Shown: positions 16,801 through 25,030, counted from the stretch's first letter. The stretch: 38,601 bases of DNA from an uncultured Candidatus Saccharibacteria bacterium (GCA_964349845.1 CAYGHQ010000002.1:1-38601); one strand, 5' to 3'. The notes: generated from the letters alone by a model not told the origin. A program made the numbers and translations.

Positions 16801-16926
16801 TTAGGACTGACGCGTTTGGCGCACTCCTTCGTTGCTTCGCTCCGGCAAATCCTCGCCATATTCCGAATATGTCTCGGATTTTTCCTCACTCGCGCCTCGG
16901 ATTGCATCCAAACGCGTCAGTCCTAA
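16801..16926. repeat. Family-B palindromic element, uninterrupted copy
   Basis: Outer stem ttaggactgacgcgtttgg...ccaaacgcgtcagtcctaa. The interior matches 14193-14380 minus its insert. Confidence 0.85.
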
Positions 16927-17041
16927 CTATTTTTATTATATACGAAATCGGCAAAAAATGTGTGGATAAACAAAACCCCGCCGAAACCTTTGGTTTCGGC
17001 GGGGTTTTTAATAATGTTTTCCTAGTGGCTAGTCCCTAAAC

Positions 17042-17114
17042 CTTACAGGTTCTGTACACCTTTCGCATTCCGAGTACAGAATGCTCAAGGTCTTGCGAAG
17101 CTACGCTTCTCACC
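17042..17114. repeat. Family-A core unit
   Basis: cttacaggttctgtacacctttcgcattccgagtacagaatgctcaaggtcttgcgaagctacgcttctcaccc. Matches 17685-17765, 19427-19502 and 14271-14366. Confidence 0.85.
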
Positions 17115-17125
17115 CTAGTCCCTAT

Positions 17126-17518
17126 TTACGACTTCGGCGCTTCCGCAGGGGCAACACTTTCTTTAACGGCTTCGGTCGCAGGAGTTCCATTTAAAGCAAC
17201 CGGGGTTTTAGCTCCCTTATCCCCTTCTTTTTCCTCTTTCTTTATGGGCTTTTTCTTGGGAAGAGCGTTAACTTTCTTGCCTTCAATTATTTTTTTATCA
17301 ATAAGAAAATTATAGACCGTATTTGAAAGCTGGGCGCCTTTTTTCATCCAATCTTTCACCTTCTCCGCGTCAATTTCCTTGATATTATGGACCGGATCGT
17401 AAGTGCCCAAAACCTCCAAATAGCGTCCGCTTTTGGCGCTGTTTTGCGACTCCGTCAAAACGATGCGGAACACCGGAATATTCTTCCTGCCCACCCTTTG
17501 TAGCCTGATTTTTAACAT
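17126..17518 (-). CDS. rpsP: 30S ribosomal protein S16 with a Lys/Ala/Pro-rich C-terminal extension
   Basis: MLKIRLQRVGRKNIPVFRIVL...YLEVLGTYDP. Confidence 0.95.
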   Translation of the reverse strand: MLKIRLQRVGRKNIPVFRIVLTESQNSAKSGRYLEVLGTYDPVHNIKEIDAEKVKDWMKKGAQLSNTVYNFLIDKKIIEGKKVNALPKKKPIKKEEKEGDKGAKTPVALNGTPATEAVKESVAPAEAPKS

Positions 17519-17573
17519 AAGAGATATGGTAACAGAACATTAATGAAAAAGCAAATTAATTTTTCCAGAGTCT

Positions 17574-17791
17574 TCCTTCTCCCCTGCCCGAGGGGAGAAA
17601 GCCGGTACTCCGGCAAGAGGGGGGGGAGAAAGCAACCACTGAAGTTTCTCTCTTCCACCACCCCAGCTCGAAGACTCGCCCTTCTTACAGAAGCTGTACA
17701 CCTTTCACATTTTGGGTACAAAATGTTCAAGGTCTTGCGAAGCTCCTTAGGGTCGCTTCTAACCCTCCTCAGGCAGGAGGGAGGAAAACCC
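17574..17791. repeat. Family-A composite element (CCCCTGCCCGAGGGG module + core unit + CCTCAGGCAGGAGGG module)
   Basis: Collinear, in the same orientation, with 19350-19607. Confidence 0.85.
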
Positions 17792-17840
17792 TTTTAGAGT
17801 GTTCCGCGTCCGTTCCGCACAATTCTGCATTTACAAAAAA

Positions 17841-17870
17841 AGCGGGGAAACACTTTAGTGTTTCCCCGCT
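17841..17870 (-). terminator. Intrinsic terminator of the 180-aa ORF (hairpin h1)
   Basis: On the minus strand: agcggggaaacac-taaa-gtgtttccccgct followed by ttttttt. Confidence 0.8.
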
Positions 17871-17922
17871 CCGAACTATGGCGAACTGTAGCGTGCAACA
17901 CGAGACTATACTTCACGGCACT

Positions 17923-18465
17923 CTACCTAACTAAACAGCGAAACTGCCCGAAATGTTTCTTAGGAGGATGAAACAATCCAATTCCCGATTTTCCCGCTTC
18001 GTAAAAAATCTTTTGAAGCAAGGAATCCGGAATGGAATCTTCGGCAGAAACTTGAAACTCAAGTTTCCAATCTCTGAACATAGGCGCGACAACCAAAATC
18101 ATTCTGTTGGATTTTTGCATTGCATGTTGCCTACTTGTATAGACTGTCCAATTAAGTCCACCGGAACGGCTCTTTAGCTGAAGAAAACCTGCTCGCAAAT
18201 AAATTGCCGATTGCAATTTAGTGAAACTAACCTGTTTTCCATCAATAACAATTTTTGAACAAGCAACTCTGATTGAGTTCCAAAGCCATTCTGACGGAAC
18301 TGCGGGATTGCCTGATTCGTCTTTCATCATTTTTTCCAAAGCTTCTTTCTCCAAAGAAACGCCGTTTGAAGCGTGAGATGAAATCTCTTCCCGTCTTTGA
18401 TGATTCGCGATTTTATGCAGAAGCAAAGGGCTTGTACCCAAAAGCGCCAATGACAATGTTCTCAT
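17923..18465 (-). CDS. Orphan 180-aa protein, family not recognised
   Basis: ATG with aaaggaga SD 6-7 nt upstream and its own terminator. N-terminus LLGTSPLLLHK. The C-terminal GIGLFHPPKKHFGQF loop is faintly RAMP-like, which is a weak observation. Confidence 0.7.
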   Translation of the reverse strand: MRTLSLALLGTSPLLLHKIANHQRREEISSHASNGVSLEKEALEKMMKDESGNPAVPSEWLWNSIRVACSKIVIDGKQVSFTKLQSAIYLRAGFLQLKSRSGGLNWTVYTSRQHAMQKSNRMILVVAPMFRDWKLEFQVSAEDSIPDSLLQKIFYEAGKSGIGLFHPPKKHFGQFRCLVR

Positions 18466-18518
18466 AAATTCTCCTTTCTTTTTCTTTTTTTATCTTATCA
18501 TATCCGTGAAATTTCGTC

Positions 18519-18560
18519 AAATACAATCATTTTACGCGATCGCGTAAAATGATTGTATTT
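18519..18560. repeat. 42-bp perfect palindrome with a GCGATCGC core
   Basis: aaatacaatcattttacgcgatcgcgtaaaatgattgtattt, located between the array terminator and the 180-aa ORF. Confidence 0.9.
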
Positions 18561-18624
18561 AATTTTAATTTTTTCTTTATCTTCTGTTGCCATCTGCGTT
18601 TGTTCCTCATAGTTCCACATTTAT

Positions 18625-19160
18625 AAAAAAGCGGATGAAGATTTATCTTCATCCGCTCATTGCGTTAACAGACCGTGCTTCGGGGCGCTACACGCCACCG
18701 GAGATGGCTTCGCGCTACGCCGCCAAAAGAACTACAGCGAAACCCGCAAGCGGGTTTCGCTCCATACTCTACAATACTCTGCGGGAGAGAGCGCGACGAC
18801 ACGACACTGAACCGAAGAAGCTAGCGGGAAAAATTGTCTGACAATTTTTCCCGCTCCGTAGATGACCATACTAAGCCGGACATTGCTTGACCCAGCGCTA
18901 CCGAACCCGACACCAAATTTTAGCAAGAAATCATAAATGATTTCTTACTCCATACAAGACAACACATCACTACACAGCGCTTAACTCTAGGAGACACTGC
19001 ATCACTAGATAAACTAGCGAGAAAGGCAAACCTTCCTCGCTCCGAACGGAACTTGACCCCGCGTCACCGGACGTTGCGATGCCACGGCTTGGGACGCTGT
19101 GCCCAACATTGTAAATTTTATTTTCAAGGACCAAATGGCCTGTAAAAACAAACCTCTGTC
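18625..19160 (-). ncRNA. Candidate about 535-nt transcript of five hairpin-terminated units
   Basis: Hairpins at 19016-19041, 18922-18949, 18823-18855, 18736-18761 and 18631-18656. Stems are 11-15 bp, all different in sequence, and all but the terminator hairpin (18631-18656) framed AGC...GCT. Two stems have mismatches that become G.U pairs only on the minus strand. Only the last hairpin carries a T-run. Confidence 0.45.
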
Positions 19161-19166
19161 CTTTGA

Positions 19167-19195
19167 TATATAAGCATAAAATGATTTATTTGTAA
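19167..19195 (-). promoter_or_regulatory. Near-consensus promoter (TTACAA-17 nt-TATATA) facing the hairpin-unit array
   Basis: On the minus strand the -35 is at 19195-19190 and the -10 at 19172-19167, with an exact 17-nt spacer. Confidence 0.55.
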
Positions 19196-19239
19196 ATCTT
19201 GATTTATTTTTTAAATGTTTTTTCTTGGTTTTGGTTTTT

Positions 19240-19607
19240 CCCCTTCTCCCCTGCCTGAGGGGTGAGAAGCGACCTTAGGAAGCTCCGCAAGACTCTTCGA
19301 GCTCGAGTTCCCCGAGGGCCGAAGAGTGGACAGTTCCTGTAAGGAAGGTGTCGGTACTCCGACGGAAAGGTGGGAGAAAGTATTATTGAAAATCTCTCCC
19401 ACCACCCCTGCTCGAAGACTCGCTTCTTCTTACAGAAGCGGTATACCTTTCGCATTCTGACTACAGAATGCTCAAGGTCTTGCGAAGCTACGCTTCTCAC
19501 CCTCCTCAGGCAGGCCCGCCTGCCATCGCCCTGCCCACCTACCACGACTGCTGTCGGGCATGTCGGGCAAGGCGGAGGCAGTGGCGGGCAGGAGGGGAGG
19601 AAAACCC
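19240..19607. repeat. Family-A double element (two copies head to head) with a further 75-bp palindromic insert at 19515-19589
   Basis: 19240-19350 aligns with 1425-1572. 19350-19607 aligns with 17574-17791, except for the extra block cccgcctgcc...gtggcgggc. Confidence 0.85.
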
Positions 19608-19730
19608 TCACCCTCGCAGATCTCCAAAAATTAATTATTTGCTCTCCCTTCTTTCCACACAGTAGTGGGGGGGTCGAAAAAAAGAAAACCGCCGAGCGAA
19701 CTCAAGCGGTTTTTTGATTTTCTTATTCTC

Positions 19731-20360
19731 CTAGAGGCGGAGCTCCCCGCCAGCAACCAATTGTTTGGCTGTCCGTAGAAGCTCAAGAAAAGTGCTTCTC
19801 ATATCGTACGACCACTCTCCTTCATCCGGAGCGGTTTCTTCCGCATACCACAGAAGAGCGCTAGCCTCTTGCCCGCCAATCTTCGTGCCAAATGAGGTTT
19901 TGGTATAATCTCCATTGATTATCACCAAATGCGTGCTTGCGTAAGAATGTTTTCCCGGGTCGTGACAGAAACCGGAACGATTGACTCCGTTTATCTGCGG
20001 AGCGTACTGACGCATACAGACAGGATGATCCCACCCCAAGGGCAAGGAAATATGGAGACCGAGATCCTGTTTCCAATGCCGTTTAACGGCATCTTCCAGA
20101 GCCTCGTATCTATACACAACTCCTCCAATAAGAGCCAGTTTGTTCGGAAAACGCCCTGTTTTCCTTTTAATAACAGCGCCGTAAATTTTGCCGTCTTCCA
20201 TACGGACAGCAATACTGTCCGCCGTTCCTACTGCGCCAAGAATAGCACGCAAAGGATAAATTTCCGGATCAACGCTACCGTCGCAGTTGACCAGAGATAC
20301 AAGATTTTTCCTTTTGGCCAATTCAACAGCCAATTCTCTCGTAGAGATATTTTCAATCAT
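19731..20360 (-). CDS. NUDIX-fold protein with a degenerate Nudix box
   Basis: GGVVYRYEALEDAVKRHWKQDLG fits the GX5EX7R spacing but lacks the REUXEE glutamates. Confidence 0.55.
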   Translation of the reverse strand: MIENISTRELAVELAKRKNLVSLVNCDGSVDPEIYPLRAILGAVGTADSIAVRMEDGKIYGAVIKRKTGRFPNKLALIGGVVYRYEALEDAVKRHWKQDLGLHISLPLGWDHPVCMRQYAPQINGVNRSGFCHDPGKHSYASTHLVIINGDYTKTSFGTKIGGQEASALLWYAEETAPDEGEWSYDMRSTFLELLRTAKQLVAGGELRL

Positions 20361-20540
20361 TACAACCTCCTTTAAAAGTGCTTGCCAAAAATTTCTTCTG
20401 ATAATCCGGCAAAACCAGATTATCTTTTACTACCCTCTATTATAACCCCAAACACTTATTTTTGTCAAGCGTTTCGGAAAGAATTTTCAAATTTCTTTAG
20501 AAAAAGGGCAAAATACGCCTTAAATTCAGCCTTTTTCAAC

Positions 20541-20582
20541 CCTCCGCTCAAAATCATACGATCGTAAGATTTTGAGCGGAGG
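20541..20582. repeat. 42-bp palindrome with a TACGATCGTA core (1 mismatch)
   Basis: cctccgctcaaaatcatacgatcgtaagattttgagcggagg, downstream of the msrAB stop. Confidence 0.85.
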
Positions 20583-20715
20583 TATTTCATTATCATAAGA
20601 AATACTTATCATCAAAATAAGAAGTATGAGAAACGGATTTTCCTCCGCGTTAATCCGCTCTTTGCCCTTCCGCCACTTCATGCAAAGGAAAGTTTGTTCC
20701 GCGTCCTGTCCGCGT

Positions 20716-21657
20716 TTAGTCCGCATTAGACTCAAAATCAAGATCCTTGGAATTGACGCAAAAACGTTTTCCGGAAGGAGTGGGACCGTCGTCAAAAACG
20801 TGCCCTAAATGGGAACCGCATTTTCCGCAGATAACTTCCGTTCTCTCCATTCCCAAGCTAGTGTCAGGAGCAAGTTTAACGGCGCCGTCTTTTATAGCCC
20901 GGTCAAAAGACGGCCAGCCAGACCCGGAATCAAATTTGGCTTCCGAGGAAAAAATCTCGTTCCCGCAGACCGCGCACCGGTAAATTCCTTTTCGATTTTC
21001 ATGCAGAAGCTTCCCCGTAAAAGGCGGCTCCGTCTTTTTCCCCTCTCCCCCTGCCCGAGGGGGAGTGCCGAGTCCGCGAGGCAAAGGGGTGGGAGATTCT
21101 TCTTTCTCCAGTATTTTATTATCTTGATCTTCTTTTTTTCCCCCCAGTATAATCACCCCGATAGCCACCGGATCTCCAGCCTTGTTTTCTTTTTTGGCTA
21201 AATAATCCTGATGGTATTCCTCGGCCAGGTAAAAATCTCCAGCCGGAACTATCTCTGTAACAATTTTACCGGAATGTTTGCCTGATTTTTCCTCCGCCTC
21301 CTTTGACTCTCTCGCCTGAAATTCCTGCGCCGGGTTATGAAAAAAAACAGCCGAGCGATACTGCTCCCCCACATCCATTCCCTGCCGATTCAAAGTTGTC
21401 GGGTCGTGGATTTTCCAAAAAATGTTGAGAAGCTCTTTATAAGAAACTTTCATGGGATCATACTCCACCCGGACTGTTTCCGCGTGGCCCGTCTTGCCCG
21501 AACAAACATCTTCATAAGAAGGATTTTTCACTTTTCCTCCCGCGTACCCCGCTGTCGTTTTTTTCACTCCCGGAACTTCTTTAAAAGCTTCCTCCACTCC
21601 CCAAAAACACCCCGCCGCGAAATCCGCGATATGCGTTTTTTTGTCGTTGTTTTCCAT
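20716..21657 (-). CDS. msrAB: Bifunctional methionine sulfoxide reductase MsrA-MsrB
   Basis: MsrA part: [10 protein letters not shown]...YHQDYL. MsrB part: CAVCGNEIF...GWPSF...[16 protein letters not shown]. Confidence 0.93.
   Translation of the reverse strand: MENNDKKTHIADFAAGCFWGVEEAFKEVPGVKKTTAGYAGGKVKNPSYEDVCSGKTGHAETVRVEYDPMKVSYKELLNIFWKIHDPTTLNRQGMDVGEQYRSAVFFHNPAQEFQARESKEAEEKSGKHSGKIVTEIVPAGDFYLAEEYHQDYLAKKENKAGDPVAIGVIILGGKKEDQDNKILEKEESPTPLPRGLGTPPRAGGEGKKTEPPFTGKLLHENRKGIYRCAVCGNEIFSSEAKFDSGSGWPSFDRAIKDGAVKLAPDTSLGMERTEVICGKCGSHLGHVFDDGPTPSGKRFCVNSKDLDFESNAD
21037..21097. repeat. Family-A CCCCTGCCCGAGGGG module in frame in the MsrA-MsrB linker
   Basis: tttttcccctctccccctgcccgagggggagtgccgagtccgcgaggcaaaggggtgggaga aligns with 17574-17630. 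It encodes [21 protein letters not shown]. Confidence 0.75.
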
Positions 21658-21764
21658 ATCTCTTAACTACAACACAAAAAAGAGGTACCGGGTGATAACT
21701 CTAAAAAAATAAGACTTCCGCAAGGAAGTCTTACCCTAGTGGCTAATTCTCTAACCTCTAGTCC

Positions 21765-21917
21765 CTACTTGAGAGGATTCTCCCCTTGTATCACCCGTAC
21801 AAGAAACATAATTATGGCCGCCACCAAAAGAAGATGGATAAACCATCCGATGCTATAAACCCCTATTACTCCCAAAAACCAAAGAATGAGAAGAATAACT
21901 GCGATTGTTACTAACAT
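21765..21917 (-). CDS. lmo0937-family small membrane protein (50 aa)
   Basis: MLVTIAVILLILWFLGVIGVYSIGWFIHLLLVAAIIMFLVRVIQGENPLK. Below the ORF-track cutoff. Confidence 0.7.
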   Translation of the reverse strand: MLVTIAVILLILWFLGVIGVYSIGWFIHLLLVAAIIMFLVRVIQGENPLK

Positions 21918-21969
21918 AGTATTTGCCGCTCAAAGAGCGAATGATTCAATTTATAAATTACGACCGTTT

Positions 21970-22191
21970 TTATCTTGACCGGCCCCTTCTTCTCAATATC
22001 ATTCTCCTTCCCTGCGATAGGCCGATAGCAACCGCCTGCCTTCTTCCTGCCACCCTCTTCCCGCTCCGCCCCATGCGAAGCCTGCCCTGCTTCCACTCAT
22101 GCATGGCTTTTCTTACCTTGCTTTGTATTCCCCGGCTCCGCGTTCGAGAACTGCGGCTCTTTGTTCTTGTTTTTGTTATTGTTCTTGGCAT
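21970..22191 (-). CDS. Small basic protein, DUF6496-like
   Basis: MHEWKQGRLRMGRSGKRVAGRRQAVAIGLSQGRR matches the family pattern recalled from memory. Confidence 0.6.
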   Translation of the reverse strand: MPRTITKTRTKSRSSRTRSRGIQSKVRKAMHEWKQGRLRMGRSGKRVAGRRQAVAIGLSQGRRMILRRRGRSR

Positions 22192-22363
22192 AAAAATTAA
22201 AGAGTAGTTAGTAGATAGTAGCTAGTAGGAAAACTAAAGATTTTTTCTACTTTCTATTTGCCACTGACTACCGCAAACTGTCTTATAATACTGTTCTCTG
22301 CCCCTATTTAGTGTAACTGGCTAAACACGCAATAAATTACATGCAAAGTTTTAAGCAAAAAAG

Positions 22364-22384
22364 GGCGGACGCGAAGCGTCCGCC
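22364..22384. terminator. Bidirectional intrinsic terminator
   Basis: aaaaaag-ggcggacgc-gaa-gcgtccgcc-ttttttt, downstream of the 861-aa gene. Confidence 0.85.
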
Positions 22385-22410
22385 TTTTTTTGTATCTTCC
22401 TATAAATATT

Positions 22411-24996
22411 TTATCTCGTCGCCTTGATTTGATCTATAACCGCCTGAATTCCCGCCAGCGCGTTAGCAATGTTCCGCAGTTTTTCCGCCTCGCTTGTCGT
22501 TCCGCCACTTTCCGGCGAGGTTGGAGAATTCGGAGCTCCAACCGTAACTGAATAGCCGTTGTCGTTCACATTTACTGTCGGAGTAATGTGTGCTCCGGAA
22601 GTTGCTCCAGTCATTTCAAGAACTCCATATAAAGGCAATCCCCAGCTGTATGACGCGCCGGCAATAGCAGAAGCGGAAATATTGCATCTGAGATCAATTG
22701 TTTTGACAGAGCCTTTGGCCACAACAATGGGAGTATCAAAAACAAAATTATAGTTCGCAGTGCTCGCGTAAGAGGGATTAACAACCTTTGTGCCGGTAGT
22801 CAAAGCGGTAGAACCGTCAAATAACTGGCAATTAGTGAGATCGGTAGATTTTCCGAGAGAATATGTGAGCTTTGCCATCAATGTGGTAAATTTCATGTCC
22901 TCAATTGAGCCGGTCGTGTCAAGATTGAATCTCGCCATTGCCGCTCCTGCCCCACCGGCAACCACAGAAGAACTTACCGGAGAAACGACAGAAGCGGAAA
23001 GTTTGCCGTAAGTCCCGACCTGATAATCCCACGGCTTAGGCTGTTGATTGAGAGGCACAGAGCCGTGGAAAGTCACATTGGAAGAAAGAGTGAGAGTTGC
23101 GGAAGAAGCATTTGTCGCGTTTCTTATTACAAAGTAAGCAGGGATAGGTGTAACTGCGGGAATTTCGGCTAAACCTGATCCGAATTTATACCACTTCCCA
23201 TCTTTATAATAGTATGTGGCCGAAGCGGAATCGTTCCATGCAGGTTTGTTATCTCCTGTTCTAAAAACAAAAACCATTGCATCACTAAGAAGCACGCTTT
23301 TAGCCGATGGAAATCCCCCGTTTGAAACATCCCCAAACGTCAGCGTCCCGCTCTTTACCTGGAAGTAGTGATCATGCCCGGGAGTGAGAGTAACAGATTG
23401 AATCGGTGGAGGAAGCGGAATTGGGGAAATGATACTGAAATGTGAGTCGCTTGTATCCGCTACGCCTATTGGAGAAGTGCTGATTCGAATTTTATAATTA
23501 CCGCCAGTCCACTTAAAGTCTGATGGAATAACCCATGTATATAAACCATTGCCGGAAACATTGGAAATATTTTCTGCTATAGTAGTTAGACCCGTAGTTA
23601 CTCCGCCATCCGTATTAACCAAATCAATTAAAACCCATGGATAAGAAGAAACATTACTTGAGCTCCATTTTATATATTGAGTTGTCCCTGGTTCCCATAT
23701 CTCTCCCCCATTCGGCGAAAGAACAGTAATAGAAGGAGTAGTGCTTACATTACTCACCTCCACCGAAATGAAAGATTGCGCCACGAGTCCTTTCGCATCA
23801 GTTACGGTGAATCCAACTTTGTACATGCCTGCGGTGGCGTAACTATGAGTGAATGATGTTGTTTGAATTGCTGAAGATGTAATTGAATTTGAGCTCGCTC
23901 CCCCTCCGGAAGCGCCGGTATTGTCCCCCCAATTTATGCCGTATGAAAGCGAACCATTTTCCGGATCATGCGCTTTAACTGTCCATGTTCCCGTTTCGCC
24001 CGCCTTTAATGTCGTCGGACCGGTAACGCCGTCAATGATGGGAGGGAGATTAGTTTGCAAACTAGAGGCAATAGTGAAATAAGAATCGCTTGAATCAGAA
24101 GCACCTATTGGAGAAGTACTAATACGGATTTTATAACTGCTTCCTAACCACTTGAAGTCAGGAGGAATAGTCCATAAATATGTCCCTGTTCCAGATGTAT
24201 TGGGTAAATTTTCTGCAATAGTAGTAGCACCTATATCACCGTACATATCATTTTTAATGTTCAAGTCAATCAAAACCCAAGGATAACTAGAAGAAATATT
24301 GCTTGAATTCCATTTTATATATTGAGTTGTTCCAGGTGTCCACGTTTCTCCCCCATTAGGCGAAAGAACAGTAATGGAAGGCTGGATTGTACCGCCTGAA
24401 CACTTATTTTTTACCGAATCTGATATATAGCACTTGTTACTGACACATTGCTCGTGCGCAAAACCTCCACCAACACAAGTCAATTCTTTGCAATCATTAT
24501 CGGTTTGACAAGAATAAGTCGGCGGAGGAGTAACAGGGGGACGATTGTTTCCGCATCCATACAACTTATTTAATTTCGCCCGGGTGGAAGCGCCGAGAAA
24601 ACCAGTGCCACGGCGGAGATTGTTTGGGGTCAAAATTTCAGAAGCATATTTTTCCTGAAATTCAGAAACGTAGGAAGCCAGATTTTCGTTGAATTCTTCT
24701 TGGGAAAGATTTTTCGCGGTAGCGCTGTCAACAATTCCTTCCCTGAAAAATGCTTTGAGCAAAGGAGCGATAGCCTCGCTTCTGTCCCCCACTCTTAAAT
24801 TTTTATTAAATGTATAGCAAAAATCTCCTTCGGTGCCCTGCATTTTTGCAAGTTCCTCTTGAAGAAGCTTTATTTGAGCAAGAAGCGCCTGGATTTTCGC
24901 CTGAAGTTCGGCAGTCGCGTTAGAGCTTTGCCCAAAAACCAAACTCGGAACGAATATCAAAGAGAACACCAACAAACCGATGATTTTGTTTCGCAT
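22411..24996 (-). CDS. Large secreted/surface protein (861 aa): coiled coil, two paralogous 105-aa repeats, PKD domain
   Basis: Signal peptide. Repeats SITVLSPNGGE.W.PGTTQYIKW...YKIRISTSPIG at nt 24066-24384 and 23437-23745. PKD-like WGDNTG...FTHSYATAGMYKVGFTVTD. Confidence 0.85.
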   Translation of the reverse strand: MRNKIIGLLVFSLIFVPSLVFGQSSNATAELQAKIQALLAQIKLLQEELAKMQGTEGDFCYTFNKNLRVGDRSEAIAPLLKAFFREGIVDSATAKNLSQEEFNENLASYVSEFQEKYASEILTPNNLRRGTGFLGASTRAKLNKLYGCGNNRPPVTPPPTYSCQTDNDCKELTCVGGGFAHEQCVSNKCYISDSVKNKCSGGTIQPSITVLSPNGGETWTPGTTQYIKWNSSNISSSYPWVLIDLNIKNDMYGDIGATTIAENLPNTSGTGTYLWTIPPDFKWLGSSYKIRISTSPIGASDSSDSYFTIASSLQTNLPPIIDGVTGPTTLKAGETGTWTVKAHDPENGSLSYGINWGDNTGASGGGASSNSITSSAIQTTSFTHSYATAGMYKVGFTVTDAKGLVAQSFISVEVSNVSTTPSITVLSPNGGEIWEPGTTQYIKWSSSNVSSYPWVLIDLVNTDGGVTTGLTTIAENISNVSGNGLYTWVIPSDFKWTGGNYKIRISTSPIGVADTSDSHFSIISPIPLPPPIQSVTLTPGHDHYFQVKSGTLTFGDVSNGGFPSAKSVLLSDAMVFVFRTGDNKPAWNDSASATYYYKDGKWYKFGSGLAEIPAVTPIPAYFVIRNATNASSATLTLSSNVTFHGSVPLNQQPKPWDYQVGTYGKLSASVVSPVSSSVVAGGAGAAMARFNLDTTGSIEDMKFTTLMAKLTYSLGKSTDLTNCQLFDGSTALTTGTKVVNPSYASTANYNFVFDTPIVVAKGSVKTIDLRCNISASAIAGASYSWGLPLYGVLEMTGATSGAHITPTVNVNDNGYSVTVGAPNSPTSPESGGTTSEAEKLRNIANALAGIQAVIDQIKATR

Positions 24997-25030
24997 AAAA
25001 TTTTTAGAACCTGCATGTTTGATGTCTTAA

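Noticed and set aside
16961-16969. Perfect DnaA box TGTGGATAA (and the near-box ttctccaca at about 5621 upstream of dnaB), suggesting oriC
   Set aside because: These are single isolated boxes with no cluster, no adjacent AT-rich unwinding element and no dnaA or dnaN gene. That is insufficient evidence for an origin.
17512-17797. ORFs 17512..17730 (-) and 17543..17797 (+). The same applies to 19204..19611, 19211..19405, 19370..19717, 19468..19665, 14168..14395, 14194..14412, 14274..14492 and 37026..37220
   Set aside because: All lie entirely within palindromic repeat elements, which stay open in several frames because of their Pro/Gly/Arg-rich composition. There are no SDs and they overlap each other.
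18587-18926. ORF-track ORFs 18587..18841 (+, 84 aa) and 18732..18926 (-, 64 aa)
   Set aside because: Both start at TTG, have no SD, run straight through several hairpins and give low-complexity products. The G.U evidence points to RNA-level rather than protein-level constraint.
18587-19110. Possible CRISPR array (regularly spaced hairpins at about 95-nt period); the same question applies to 13524-13740
   Set aside because: CRISPR repeats are near-identical in sequence, whereas here only the stem architecture and 3-nt frames are shared. The period of 87-105 nt is too long and irregular. There are no cas genes in the window. It is treated instead as a structured-RNA unit array.
17841-19110. 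Integron-like attC array
   Set aside because: There is no integrase, no cassette ORFs between the hairpins, and no RYYYAAC/GTTRRRY core sites at the hairpin ends.
22411-24996. Diversity-generating retroelement target (repeated segments in the surface protein)
   Set aside because: There is no reverse transcriptase and no template repeat outside the gene. The differences between the two copies are not adenine-specific.
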